Shown: in pieces, positions 38,985 through 48,700 of the stretch | How the letters are laid out: every line of letters starts with the position of its first letter | Position numbering within the stretch: the first letter of the stretch is position 1 | Assembly: GCA_963770565.1 (NCBI GenBank) | Contig: CAVYQE010000008.1 | Coordinates: 128,001 to 192,000, forward strand | Direction of reading: 5' to 3' | DNA length: 64,000 nt | Source of the DNA: an uncultured Actinomycetota bacterium | GTDB taxonomy: Bacteria; Actinomycetota; Actinomycetes; JAFAQI01 | Position numbers and translations under genes: made by a program | Notes under the pieces: model-generated | Told to the model about the DNA's origin: nothing | Database searches by the model: none | What the model saw: the letters and a program-made list of their open reading frames with translations, nothing else

Positions 38985-40159
38985 GACGCGCGCACTCCCA
39001 CCTTGAACTTGGGCACTCGGAGTATCACCCTCGTACCCAATCCCACCTCGGTCTCCACCCGCAGGCCGAAGTCCGGCCCGAAGACCCGTCGAAGCCGCTC
39101 GTCGACGTTGCGCAAGCCGATCCCGTCCGTCATCCGCCCGGCGAGCTGGTCGCGCAGCCGGTCCGGGTCCATCCCGACGCCATCGTCTTCTACCGTGATC
39201 AAGGCCTCGGTGTCACTGTCTTGCACGATCAGGGAGATGTGCCCCTCGCCGCCGGCCCGCTCGATCCCGTGGCGGACCGCGTTCTCGACCAGCGGCTGCA
39301 GGGTGAGGCACGGCATCGCGACCGGCAGCACCTCGGGCGCGACCCGCAGGGTGACGTCGAGCCGGTCGCCGAAGCGGGCCCGCTCGAGCTCCAGGTAGGT
39401 CTCGACCAGGCGCAGCTCCTCGGCCAACGTCGAGTAGGGCCCGTGTGCCCGGAACGTGTAGCGGATGAAGTCGGCGAAGCCGATCAGCAGTTCGCGGGCC
39501 CGCTCGGGGTCGGAGCGGATGTAGGACTCGATCGCGGTCAGCGCGTTGTAGACGAAATGGGGCGAGATCTGGGCCCGGAGGAACTTCAGCTCCGCCTCGA
39601 TCGCGCGGGTCTTCGACAGGTCGAGTTCGGCCAGCTCGAGCTGCGACGAGGCAAAACCGGCCACCTCGCCGGCGGCCCGCAACAGATCGGGGCGGGCGCT
39701 CTCGTCGAGCACCGCGATCGCACCGACCACGCTTTCCGAGACCTGCAGCGGCACGACGACACCCGCCGCCAGCGTGCAGTACGGCAGCCCGCAGGCCAGC
39801 TCGCTCCGTTCGATCACCCGGGCCCGGCCGTGGGCAACCACCTGGGCGATGAGCGGTGTCACCAGCTCGACGTGCTGGGCGTCGGCGCCCTCGGTCGCGA
39901 GCACGCCGGCGGCGTCACCGATCACGACGGCCGGCGTACCGAGCAGCCTGCGAAGCGCGGGCGCGGACTTCGCGGCGCTGTCCGCGGTGAGCCCGGCCCG
40001 CAGTCCGCCCGCGGCCATGCTCGCGGTATGCAGGGTTGCGTACGTCGTCCGCTGCGCGGGGGTGCCGAGCTTCTTGCTGCCGCGGAGGAAGTAGCGCGCC
40101 GCCAAGACCAGCGCGAGCACGACGATCGCCAGCGCCGCAACAAGCTCCGAAGTTCTCAC
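38981..40159 (-). CDS. LytS-type sensor histidine kinase
   Basis: LRAQISPHFVYNAL, ERARFGDRL, LQPLVENAVRHG, VEDDGVG and GIGL.NV motifs. Confidence 0.95.
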   Translation of the reverse strand: MRTSELVAALAIVVLALVLAARYFLRGSKKLGTPAQRTTYATLHTASMAAGGLRAGLTADSAAKSAPALRRLLGTPAVVIGDAAGVLATEGADAQHVELVTPLIAQVVAHGRARVIERSELACGLPYCTLAAGVVVPLQVSESVVGAIAVLDESARPDLLRAAGEVAGFASSQLELAELDLSKTRAIEAELKFLRAQISPHFVYNALTAIESYIRSDPERARELLIGFADFIRYTFRAHGPYSTLAEELRLVETYLELERARFGDRLDVTLRVAPEVLPVAMPCLTLQPLVENAVRHGIERAGGEGHISLIVQDSDTEALITVEDDGVGMDPDRLRDQLAGRMTDGIGLRNVDERLRRVFGPDFGLRVETEVGLGTRVILRVPKFKVGVRAS

Positions 40160-40233
40160 TGGCCGCGGTCCGGCAATGGCTGAGGCCGGCCTCCCGCGTC
40201 ACCATAACGCCCGCGGGCTGGCAGAGTAACGCC

Positions 40234-41091
40234 ATGACTGATCACCAGAGCGTGGCGGGCAAGAACGTCATGATCACCGGCGCCGCTCGCGGCATCGGCG
40301 CGGCGACCGCGACCGAGCTGGCCCGGCGCGGCGCGCGCGTGTCACTGGTCGGAATCGAGCCGGATCTGTTGGAGCTCAACGCCAAAGCCCTCGGCGACCG
40401 CCACATGTGGGTGGAGGCCGACGTCACCAACCAGGCGGCGATCGACGCCGCGGTCGCGGCGACCGTCGAGCGCTTCGGCGGCATCGACGTACTGATCGCG
40501 AACGCCGGCGTGGTCAACCTCGGCACGGTGCGGACCGCCGACCCGGACGTCTCGGCCCGCACGATCGAGGTGAACCTGATCGGCCCGCACCGCACCGTCG
40601 CGGCCGCCGTGCACCATCTCGCCGACAGTCGCGGCTACGTGCTGATCACGGCGTCGCTTGCGTCGTTCTCGCCGATACCCGGCGCGGCCGCATATGCCGC
40701 GAGCAAGGGGGGTGTGGAGTCGCTCGCCGCGTCCCTTCGGCTCGAGCTCGCGCAGTACGGCATCACGGTCGGCACCGCCCACCCGTCCTGGATCGACACC
40801 GACATGATCCGGCGCGGGGAGGACGGCTTCCCGACGATGACGAAGATGCGCTCCGAGATGCCGTGGCCGGCCAACACCCTCACCTCGGTCGAGGACTGCG
40901 CCTACGCCTTCGCCGAGGCGGTCGAGTGCCGGGCCCTGCGGACCTACGTGCCGAAGACCACGCGGATCATGGCGTTGCTCCGGCCACTGATGATGAGCGG
41001 GATCGGTCATCGCGCGATGGCCCGCCGGATCGGCACGAACCTGCGCCAGCTGGACGCCGAGAACGAGACTCGCGGTGCTCGCTGGCGCTGA
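40234..41091 (+). CDS. Short-chain dehydrogenase/reductase
   Basis: TGAARGIG, ANAG and YAASK motifs; start ATG 40234. Confidence 0.92.
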   Translation: MTDHQSVAGKNVMITGAARGIGAATATELARRGARVSLVGIEPDLLELNAKALGDRHMWVEADVTNQAAIDAAVAATVERFGGIDVLIANAGVVNLGTVRTADPDVSARTIEVNLIGPHRTVAAAVHHLADSRGYVLITASLASFSPIPGAAAYAASKGGVESLAASLRLELAQYGITVGTAHPSWIDTDMIRRGEDGFPTMTKMRSEMPWPANTLTSVEDCAYAFAEAVECRALRTYVPKTTRIMALLRPLMMSGIGHRAMARRIGTNLRQLDAENETRGARWR

Positions 41092-41171
41092 CCTCAGGGC
41101 CGTGATCTCGGTCGCCCCCGGGCGTATGGTCGGGGCCATCGGTGGGGTCGGTTGAGCGGCGTGAGCGTCCG

Positions 41172-41233
41172 ATGAACCGTTTCCGTCCGTGGCTCGTGTT
41201 CGGCCAATGAACCGTTTCCGCGCGTGGCTCGTG
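41172..41233 (+). promoter_or_regulatory. Tandem duplicated SigL-type ECF promoter
   Basis: Two copies, 35 bp apart, of ATGAACCGTTTCCGnnCGTGGCTCGTG, each reading TGAACC-N16-CGTG. Confidence 0.8.
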
Positions 41234-41241
41234 ATTGAGGA

Positions 41242-41766
41242 GTGAGCACCTTCGTGGACGCCGACGACGAGGCTGCGCTGCGCGAGTTGTACGACGCGCA
41301 CGCGGGCGCCTTGCTGGCGTACTCGATGCGGCTGACCAACGGCGATCGCGGCCGGGCCGAGGACGTCGTTCAGGAAACGATGCTGCGGGCCTGGCGGCAC
41401 CGAGAAGCCCTCGACGAGGCGCGCGGACCGGTTCGGCCCTGGCTGTTCACGGTCGCTCATCACGTGGCGATCGACGCCCACCGAGCCCGTTCAGCGCGCC
41501 CGAACGAGGTCGGCGACGCGGTGCTCGCCACCGTCCCGGCCGCCGACGAGATCGACGCGCGACTCGACCGGCTGTTGATCGCCGACGCGATGGCCGCACT
41601 GTCGGCCGAGCACCAGGCAGTACTGGTCGAGACCTACTACCGCGGCCACTCGGTGGCCGTCGCAGCGGAGGCGCTGGGCGTCCCGCCCGGCACGGTGAAG
41701 TCACGGACTTTCTACGCATTGCGGGCGCTCAAGCTCGCGCTGGCCGAACGGGGGGTGACGACGTGA
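41242..41766 (+). CDS. ECF RNA polymerase sigma factor, SigL-like
   Basis: AEDVVQETMLRAWRH, RPWLFTVA and GVPPGTVKSRTFYALRALKLAL, closely resembling mycobacterial SigL. Confidence 0.9.
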   Translation: MSTFVDADDEAALRELYDAHAGALLAYSMRLTNGDRGRAEDVVQETMLRAWRHREALDEARGPVRPWLFTVAHHVAIDAHRARSARPNEVGDAVLATVPAADEIDARLDRLLIADAMAALSAEHQAVLVETYYRGHSVAVAAEALGVPPGTVKSRTFYALRALKLALAERGVTT

Positions 41767-42416
41767 CCTGCGACGACACCGTTCTTTCGCTCGGGGTCTA
41801 CCTCGTCGGGGCGCTCGACGCCCCGGAGCGCGCCGCGGTCGAGGCGCACCTGGCCGACTGCCCGACCTGCCAGGCGGAGCTGGCCGAGCTTGCCTCGCTG
41901 CCGTCGATGCTCGAGCAGCTGTCGATCGACGACTTCCCGCTCGAGCCGCTGGCCGCGCCGGAGGATCTGTTCGACCGGGTCGCCGCTAAGGCTCGCGACG
42001 AGGACCTGCAGCAGGCCCGGCGGACCGCTCATCGCTATCGCCGGCTGACTGCGGTTGCGGCTGCGGTGGTGGTGATCGCTGGTGGGAGCATCGGGGCGAG
42101 CGTCGCGCTGAACCACCACTCACGCCCGGCGCACGGGTTCTCGGCGACCCAGGGCCGGGTGACGATGCGGGTGACGCTGGCCGCGCAGACGACCGGCACC
42201 GGCCTGAAGGTCACCGTGTCCGGGCTGCCGCACGACGAGCACTGCACGCTGATCGCGGTCGCCAAGGACGGCAGCCGTGACGTGGCCGGTCGATGGGACG
42301 TCACCTACGCCGGCTGGGGGCAGGAGACCGGGTCGACCAAGATCACCCAGTCACAGCTGTCCCGGCTGGTGCTGTTGGGCACGACCGGCCAGCAGCTCGT
42401 GACCGTCAACGTCTGA
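41763..42416 (+). CDS. Zinc-finger (HxxxCxxC) transmembrane anti-sigma factor, RslA-like
   Basis: EAHLADCPTC ZAS motif, single TM, extracellular domain; GTGA overlap with the sigma gene. Confidence 0.88.
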   Translation: MTCDDTVLSLGVYLVGALDAPERAAVEAHLADCPTCQAELAELASLPSMLEQLSIDDFPLEPLAAPEDLFDRVAAKARDEDLQQARRTAHRYRRLTAVAAAVVVIAGGSIGASVALNHHSRPAHGFSATQGRVTMRVTLAAQTTGTGLKVTVSGLPHDEHCTLIAVAKDGSRDVAGRWDVTYAGWGQETGSTKITQSQLSRLVLLGTTGQQLVTVNV

Positions 42417-42622
42417 ACAATGAGTACGCCGAACTCTGCCTGAGCGGCTGCCAATGGGGCCGGCCCGCTCGTCGGCAGCCGGTTGACCTCGGCGAATAGA
42501 CCGAATGGCGGAACTGCGGGGCCGGTGGAATGCGCTGAGGGGCGGGTTCGATCTGTCCTGATCTGGGGCACCATCAGGCTGATGCCGCTCATCGGTGGGC
42601 GGCCAGTGCAGGAGCGACAGCC

Positions 42623-43003
42623 GTGCCGTGCGCTACGCATCAGGTGATCAGCCTCGAGCCATCGGGTGCTGCGCCGGCACAGGCTCGCCGGGTGGTGCGT
42701 CAGCTGCTGCTCCCACTCGTCCCCGCGGACGTGACCGATACCGCCGAGCTGCTGGTGTCGGAGCTGGTGACGAACGCGGTGACCCACGGCACCGGCATGG
42801 TGACGATCTCGATCGACTGTGCCGATCATGCCCTGTCGGTCACGGTGAGTGACGACGAGCCGGCCGAACCGCTGCTGCAGCCGGAACGGTTGATGGCGCT
42901 CGGCGGCCGGGGGCTGCGGATGATCGAGTCACTGGCGAGTTCGTGGGGGGTCAAGCCGCGGGTCGGTAGCCCGGGCAAGGACGTCTGGTTTCGTCTGCCT
43001 TAG
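42623..43003 (+). CDS. HATPase_c_2 / RsbW-like ATP-binding protein
   Basis: AELLVSELVTNAV.HG, GGRGL..I..LA..WGV and GK.VWF motifs; AGGAG RBS. Confidence 0.88.
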   Translation: MPCATHQVISLEPSGAAPAQARRVVRQLLLPLVPADVTDTAELLVSELVTNAVTHGTGMVTISIDCADHALSVTVSDDEPAEPLLQPERLMALGGRGLRMIESLASSWGVKPRVGSPGKDVWFRLP

Positions 43004-43185
43004 TGGCTGACCGGGTGGCTGACTGAGCCGCTCCGGCCGGTCGGTTCGGGAACCGACGGGACCCGGCACGGCTGCGGGGCGCCGTCACAACACGGTTCGT
43101 AGTAGAGGCAGGCCGGACAGCGGTTGTGGGCCTGCTCGGCGTACATCTGGGTGCCGCAGTTGGGGCAGGGAAGGTCGAGCGCCAT
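43000..43185 (-). CDS. Small zinc-ribbon protein (61 aa)
   Basis: MALDLPCPNCGTQMYAEQAHNRCPACLYYEPCCDG; TACGAT + 6 nt + ATG (leaderless). Confidence 0.75.
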   Translation of the reverse strand: MALDLPCPNCGTQMYAEQAHNRCPACLYYEPCCDGAPQPCRVPSVPEPTGRSGSVSHPVSH

Positions 43186-43255
43186 CGCGCGATCGTAGGG
43201 CGCGTAACCGCCGGCCTCGTGGTGCTGGCGGCCTGACACGCGGGTCTTGACGAAG

Positions 43256-43271
43256 TCGAACATATGTTCGA
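43256..43271. promoter_or_regulatory. LexA SOS box
   Basis: Perfect palindrome TCGAACATATGTTCGA (actinobacterial TCGAAC-N4-GTTCGA), just after a TTGACG -35-like hexamer and upstream of imuA'. Confidence 0.95.
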
Positions 43272-43281
43272 AACTCGGTAG

Positions 43282-44070
43282 GTGATTGACGTCGCTGCCC
43301 GCCTCGCCGCCGCGGGTGTGGGCAGTGACCGGCTGGTCGAGCTCAGTGGCCCTTCCATGGCCGGTGCGGCGGTGGGCCCCCACGCGACCCTCGCGCGGCC
43401 TCAGACGCCGGTGCTGCGGGTCAGCCCGGCCTTGGCCCCGGTGCTGCCGGACGGGCTGCGGCGGGGGAGCACGATCGCGATCTCCGGGTCGGTGTCGCTG
43501 ATGCTGGCCGCTCTCGGCGCGGCCTCCGCGGATGGTGCCTGGTGTGCGCTGGTGGGGATGCCGGCGATCAGTGCCGAGGCGGCTCGCGACTTCGGCATCG
43601 AGCTCTCCAGGCTTCCGCTGGTGCCTTTCCCCGGCCCGGACTGGGTCGCGGTCGTGGCCGCCTTGCTCGACGCCGTCGACGTGGTGGTGGCCCGCACCCC
43701 GGCCCGGCTCGCCGACGGCGACATCCGCCGGCTCGCGGCCCGGGTCCGGTCCAAGGGCGCGGTCTTCATCCCCTTCACCGCCGGTGTCGCGCCACGATCG
43801 GGCGCGCCGTGGCCGCATGCCGACGTCCGGGTGAGCCTCGAGCCCGGAGACTGGTCCGGAATCGGGTCCGGGTACGGCCGGCTGCGGCAGCGCCGGGTCA
43901 CGGTCACCGCCGAGGGCCGGGGGCAGGCCGCGCGCCGCCGCTCGGTCGGGCTGTGGCTTCCCACGCCGGCCGGCGGCGTCGAGCCGGACTGCTCGCCGCC
44001 GCTCGGCACGGTCATCCCGTTCAACCCGGCCGGGGTCGAGGCCGCGCCTCGGCTGGCAGGAGTGCGATGA
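43282..44070 (+). CDS. imuA: ImuA'-like RecA-fold mutasome protein
   Basis: LP.GLRRGS, GAWCALVG.P, V.AALLDAVD.V and RL.ARVR.KGAV motifs; first gene of the SOS cassette. Confidence 0.88.
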   Translation: MIDVAARLAAAGVGSDRLVELSGPSMAGAAVGPHATLARPQTPVLRVSPALAPVLPDGLRRGSTIAISGSVSLMLAALGAASADGAWCALVGMPAISAEAARDFGIELSRLPLVPFPGPDWVAVVAALLDAVDVVVARTPARLADGDIRRLAARVRSKGAVFIPFTAGVAPRSGAPWPHADVRVSLEPGDWSGIGSGYGRLRQRRVTVTAEGRGQAARRRSVGLWLPTPAGGVEPDCSPPLGTVIPFNPAGVEAAPRLAGVR

Positions 44071-44071
44071 C

Positions 44072-45673
44072 GTGCTCTTGACCATCACCTCCCCGCCTCG
44101 CCTGGCCACCCTGTGGTGTCCCGACTGGCCGGTGACCACGGTCCGGATGACCTCCGGGGTGCCGGGTGACGCGCCGGTCGCGGTGGTCACGGCTAACCAG
44201 GTCATCGCCTGCTCGGCGGTGGCGAGGGGAGCCGGCGTACGACGGGGGATGCGCCGCCGGGAGGCACAGTCGCGCTGCCCCGAGCTAGTGGTGCTGGCTC
44301 GCGACGAGCCGGCCGAGGCCAGGTGCTTCGAGCCGGTGATCGTCGCGGTGGAGTCGCTGGTGCCGGGGGTCGAGGTGATGCGGCCGGGGTTGGTCGCGGT
44401 CGGGGTTCGCGGACCGATGCGGCACTACGCCGGCGAGCCGGCGTTCGTCGACGCGCTGTGGGGGGCCGTGAGCTGGCTGACCGAGGACGCCGCTCAGATC
44501 GGGGTGGCCGACGGGGCGTTCGCGGCCGAGCAGGCGGCGCGGCGCGGCATGATCGTGCCGGCCGGTGAGTCGGCGGAGTTCCTCGCCGATTTTCCGGTGA
44601 CCACGTTGAGTGCGTTCGGCAACGCAGACCTGGTCGATCTGTTGCAACGGCTGGGGATTCACACCCTCGGCGGGTTTGCCGCCCTGCCTGCCCGCGACGT
44701 GCTGATGCGGTTCGGCCCGGTCGGCGCCTGGGCGCACCGGCAGGCCGGCGGCCGTGACGACCGGCCGATCGTGATGCGCGAACCGCCGGCCGAATGCACC
44801 GTCACGGTCGAGCTCGATACACCGGTCGATCGGGTCGATGTGGTGGCGTTCAGCGCGCGAAGCGCGGCCGAGCGGTTCATCGCCGATCTGGCCGCCCGCG
44901 GGCTGTCGTGCGCCTGTTTCGAGCTCGAGGCCTTCACCGAGGCGGGCGAGACGATGGCGCGGCGCTGGCGTCATCCCGGCGTACTGACCGCTCCCGACGT
45001 CGTCGATCGGATCCGCTGGCAGCTCGAGGGCTGGCTGCACGGCGCGAACGGCGCGAACGGTGCGCCAGGGGGCGGGCAGCGCCCGACCGCGGGAATCACC
45101 CGGCTGCGCTTCGTCCCGGTCGAGACGGTGCCGAGCGGCACCCATCAACAGGCGTTGTGGGGCGGGCCGGGCGAGGCCGGCGAGCGCGCGCACCGGGCCC
45201 TGGCCAGGGTGCAGACGATGCTCGGCCTTGGCTCGGTGGTGGTGCCGGTGGTCGAGGGTGGTCGCGGCCCGATCGATCGCACCCAGCTCGTCCCGTGGGG
45301 CGAGGATCGGGCCGCCACTCGCGCGCCGGACCAGCCGTGGCCGGGTCGGCTGCCCTCGCCGGCCCCCTCGGTGCTGATCGACCCGCCCGCCGCGGTGGCG
45401 GTGCTCGACGAGATCGGTCACCCGGTGGTCGTCACCGAACGCGGCGGGGTGGTCCGCCCACCCGCCCGGCTCGGGTTGGGCAACGATCCGCCGGTCGCCG
45501 TGACGTCGTGGGCCGGTCCGTGGCCGGTCGACGAGCGCTGGTGGGATCCCGGGCAGAGCACCCGGGTAGCCCGGCTCCAGCTCGTCGACGATCACGGCCG
45601 GGCCTACCTCGTGGCCGGCGAGATGCGCCGTACCGATGCCCCCCGGTGGTCCCTCGAAGGGATCTACGACTGA
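44072..45673 (+). CDS. imuB: ImuB, Y-family polymerase-like scaffold
   Basis: LWCPDWP, GVRRGMRRREAQSRCP, RIRWQLEGWL, GPWPVDERWWD and C-terminal EGIYD. Confidence 0.92.
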   Translation: MLLTITSPPRLATLWCPDWPVTTVRMTSGVPGDAPVAVVTANQVIACSAVARGAGVRRGMRRREAQSRCPELVVLARDEPAEARCFEPVIVAVESLVPGVEVMRPGLVAVGVRGPMRHYAGEPAFVDALWGAVSWLTEDAAQIGVADGAFAAEQAARRGMIVPAGESAEFLADFPVTTLSAFGNADLVDLLQRLGIHTLGGFAALPARDVLMRFGPVGAWAHRQAGGRDDRPIVMREPPAECTVTVELDTPVDRVDVVAFSARSAAERFIADLAARGLSCACFELEAFTEAGETMARRWRHPGVLTAPDVVDRIRWQLEGWLHGANGANGAPGGGQRPTAGITRLRFVPVETVPSGTHQQALWGGPGEAGERAHRALARVQTMLGLGSVVVPVVEGGRGPIDRTQLVPWGEDRAATRAPDQPWPGRLPSPAPSVLIDPPAAVAVLDEIGHPVVVTERGGVVRPPARLGLGNDPPVAVTSWAGPWPVDERWWDPGQSTRVARLQLVDDHGRAYLVAGEMRRTDAPRWSLEGIYD

Positions 45674-45681
45674 TGCCCGTA

Positions 45682-45766
45682 CCAAGCAATGTCACATTGC
45701 CCCCCACTTCGTGGGGGCAATGTGACAGCACCCCCGAATTTCCCTGGGCAATGTCACATTGCTTGG
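45682..45766. repeat. 85-bp nested palindromic element between imuB and dnaE2
   Basis: Terminal IR CCAAGCAATGTCACATTGCCC / GGGCAATGTCACATTGCTTGG, with three copies of GCAATGT(C/G)ACA. Confidence 0.85.
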
Positions 45767-45779
45767 CGGGGGTTGGCTG

Positions 45780-48700
45780 ATGGGGTGGGAGAACCCGCCG
45801 ATCCCGTGGCGCGAGCTCGAGCGGCGGCTTTCCGGTCGGCCGGCACCTGCCGGGCCGAACGCTGCACCGCCGGCCGGGCCGGACGTCAAGCCGCCGGCCG
45901 GGCCGAACGCTGCACCGCCGGCCGGGCCGGACGTCACGCCGCCGGCCGGGTCGAACGCTGCACCGCCGGCCGGGCCGGATGCCACACCGCCGGCCGGGCC
46001 GAACTCGGTGGCGGGCGGGCGGTCGGCGGGTGAGGTCGGCGGGGACGGCGGCGACTCGGTCGCCTGGTCACGGCACCGGCCGGCCTACGAACCGGTTCCG
46101 CTGGTCCGACCGGACCGGACCGTGCCCTATGCCGAGCTGCACGCGCACTCCTCCTTCAGCCACCTCGACGGGGCGAGCCTGCCCGAGGAGATGGTCGAGG
46201 AAGGGGTTCGGCTCGGCCTGTCAGGACTGGCGCTGACCGACCACAACGGGATGTACGGCGTGGTCCGCTTCGCCGAGGCGGCGCAGAGGTTCGATCTGCC
46301 CACGATCTACGGCGCCGAGCTCTCGCTCGACCTCTCGGTCCCGACGACGAGCGCGCAGCGGTCGGTCGGGGCCCGATCCGGGATGACCGATCCCACCGGC
46401 CGGCACCTGCTCGTGCTGGCCCGCGATCCCGCCGGTTACGCCAGCTTGTGCCGCGCGATCAGCGCTGCCCAGCGCCGCGGTGGCGCGAAAGGGCACCCGG
46501 TCTATGACCTCGACGAGCTGACCGACCTGGCGGCCGGACAGTGGCTGGTGCTGACCGGCTGCCGGAAGGGCGCGGTTCGGGCCGCGCTGGAGACGGCCGA
46601 TTTCGGCAGCTTCGCCCTCGATCCGGCCCGCGCCGCGCTGGCCGAGCTGGTCACCCGGTTCGGGCGCGACAACGTCGCGGTCGAGCTGAGCTACGCCCGC
46701 GACCCGCTGGCCGACGAGCGCTACGACGCCCTGGCTTTGCTGGCCGACGAGCAGCACCTGCCGGTCGTGGCGACCACCGCGGCGCACTACCACGGGCCGG
46801 CCCGCCGCCCGCTCGCCACCGCGATGGCTGCGGTGCGGGCCCGGCGCAGCCTGCCGGAGCTCGACGGCTGGCTGCCGGCGTGGGCGGACCAGCAGCTGCG
46901 GACCGGCGAGGAGATGGCGCAGCGCTTCGCCCGCTGGCCGGGCGCGGTGCCGGCCGCGGCCCGGCTCGGTGCGGAGCTGGCGTTCTCGATCCACCTCATC
47001 GCCCCGGACCTTCCGCCGTTTCCGGTGCCACCCGGCCACACTGAGATGACCTATCTGCGCGAGCTCTCCATGCGTGGCGCCGCCAAGCGGTACGGCCCGC
47101 GCGGTCCGGACACCGAGAAGGCCTACGCCCAGATCGAGCACGAGCTCGTCGTCATCGAGGAGCTGAAGTTCCCGGGCTACTTCCTCGTCGTCTGGGACAT
47201 CGTCCGCTTCGCTCGGGAGAGCGGGATCCTGTGCCAGGGCAGGGGATCGGCGGCCTGCTCGGCGGTCTGCTACGCCTTGGAGATCACCGCGGTCGACGCC
47301 GTACGTTACGAGTTGCTCTTCGAGCGCTTCCTGGCCGCCGAGCGCGGCGAGCCGCCGGACATCGACGTCGACATCGAGTCCGGCCGGCGCGAGGAAGTCA
47401 TCCAGTACGTCTATACCTTGCACGGCCGCGACCACGCCGCCCAGGTGGCCAACGTCATCACCTACCGGCCCCGATCCGCGCTGCGCGACGTCGCCAAGGC
47501 GCTGGGCTATTCCACCGGCCAGCAGGACGCGTGGAGCAAGCAGATCGAGCACGGCTTCACCACCTCGGTGATCGCCCAGTCCGAGGACAATCCGGTGCCG
47601 CCGAAGGTGCTCGAGCTGGCCGAGGAGCTCCGCAACACCCCGCGCCATCTCGGCATCCACTCCGGCGGCATGGTGATCTGCGACCGGCCGATCGTCGAGG
47701 TCTGCCCGGTCGAGTGGGGCCGGATGCCGGGCCGCACGGTGCTGCAGTGGGACAAGGACGACTGCGCCGCGATCGGCCTGGTGAAGTTCGACCTGCTCGG
47801 GCTCGGCATGCTCTCGGCGTTGCGCTACTCCTTCGAGCTGATCGCCGACTGGTACGGCGTGACCTACGACCTCGACTCGATCCCCAAGGAGGCGCCCTGC
47901 GTCTACGACATGGTGTGCGAGGCCGACACGGTCGGGGTGTTCCAGATCGAGTCACGCGCGCAGATGGCAACCCTGCCGAGGCTTCGCCCGCGGTGTTTCT
48001 ACGACCTCGTGATCGAGGTGGCGCTGATCCGGCCCGGACCGATTCAAGGCGACTCGGTGCATCCCTACATCCGCCGCCGGCATGGCCGCGAGCCGGTCAC
48101 CTATCCGCATCCGGCGCTCGCCGACGCGCTCGGACGCACGCTCGGGATCCCGCTGTTCCAGGAGCAGCTGATGCAGGTCGCGGTGGCGGCGGCGAACTTC
48201 ACTCCGTCCGAAGCCGACCAGCTGCGCCGGGCGATGGGGTCGAAGCGTTCCGATGCCAGGATCGAAGCGCTCCGACAGCGGTTGTACGACGGCATGGCCG
48301 GCAACGGCATCACCGGAGCGCCGGCCGACGAGATCTTTGACAAGATCCGGGCGTTCGCCGCGTTCGGATTCGCGGAGAGTCACGCGATTTCCTTCGCGTT
48401 GCTGGTCTACGCGTCGTCGTGGTTGAAGCTGCACTATCCGGCGGCGTTCTGCGCCGCGTTGATCAACGCGCAGCCGATGGGCTTCTACTCACCGCAGTCA
48501 CTGGTTGCCGATGCTCGGCGGCACGGGGTCGAGACCCGTCAACCGGACATCAACGTCTCGCTGGCCGGCGCCGGCCTGGAGCCGGGGGAGGGCCGCTCGC
48601 AGTGCGCCTGCCTCGACGCGCCGCAGCCCGCCGTACGCCTCGGGTTGTCCAGCGTTCGCACCATCGGCGACGACCTCGCCGATCGCATCGTCGCCGACCG

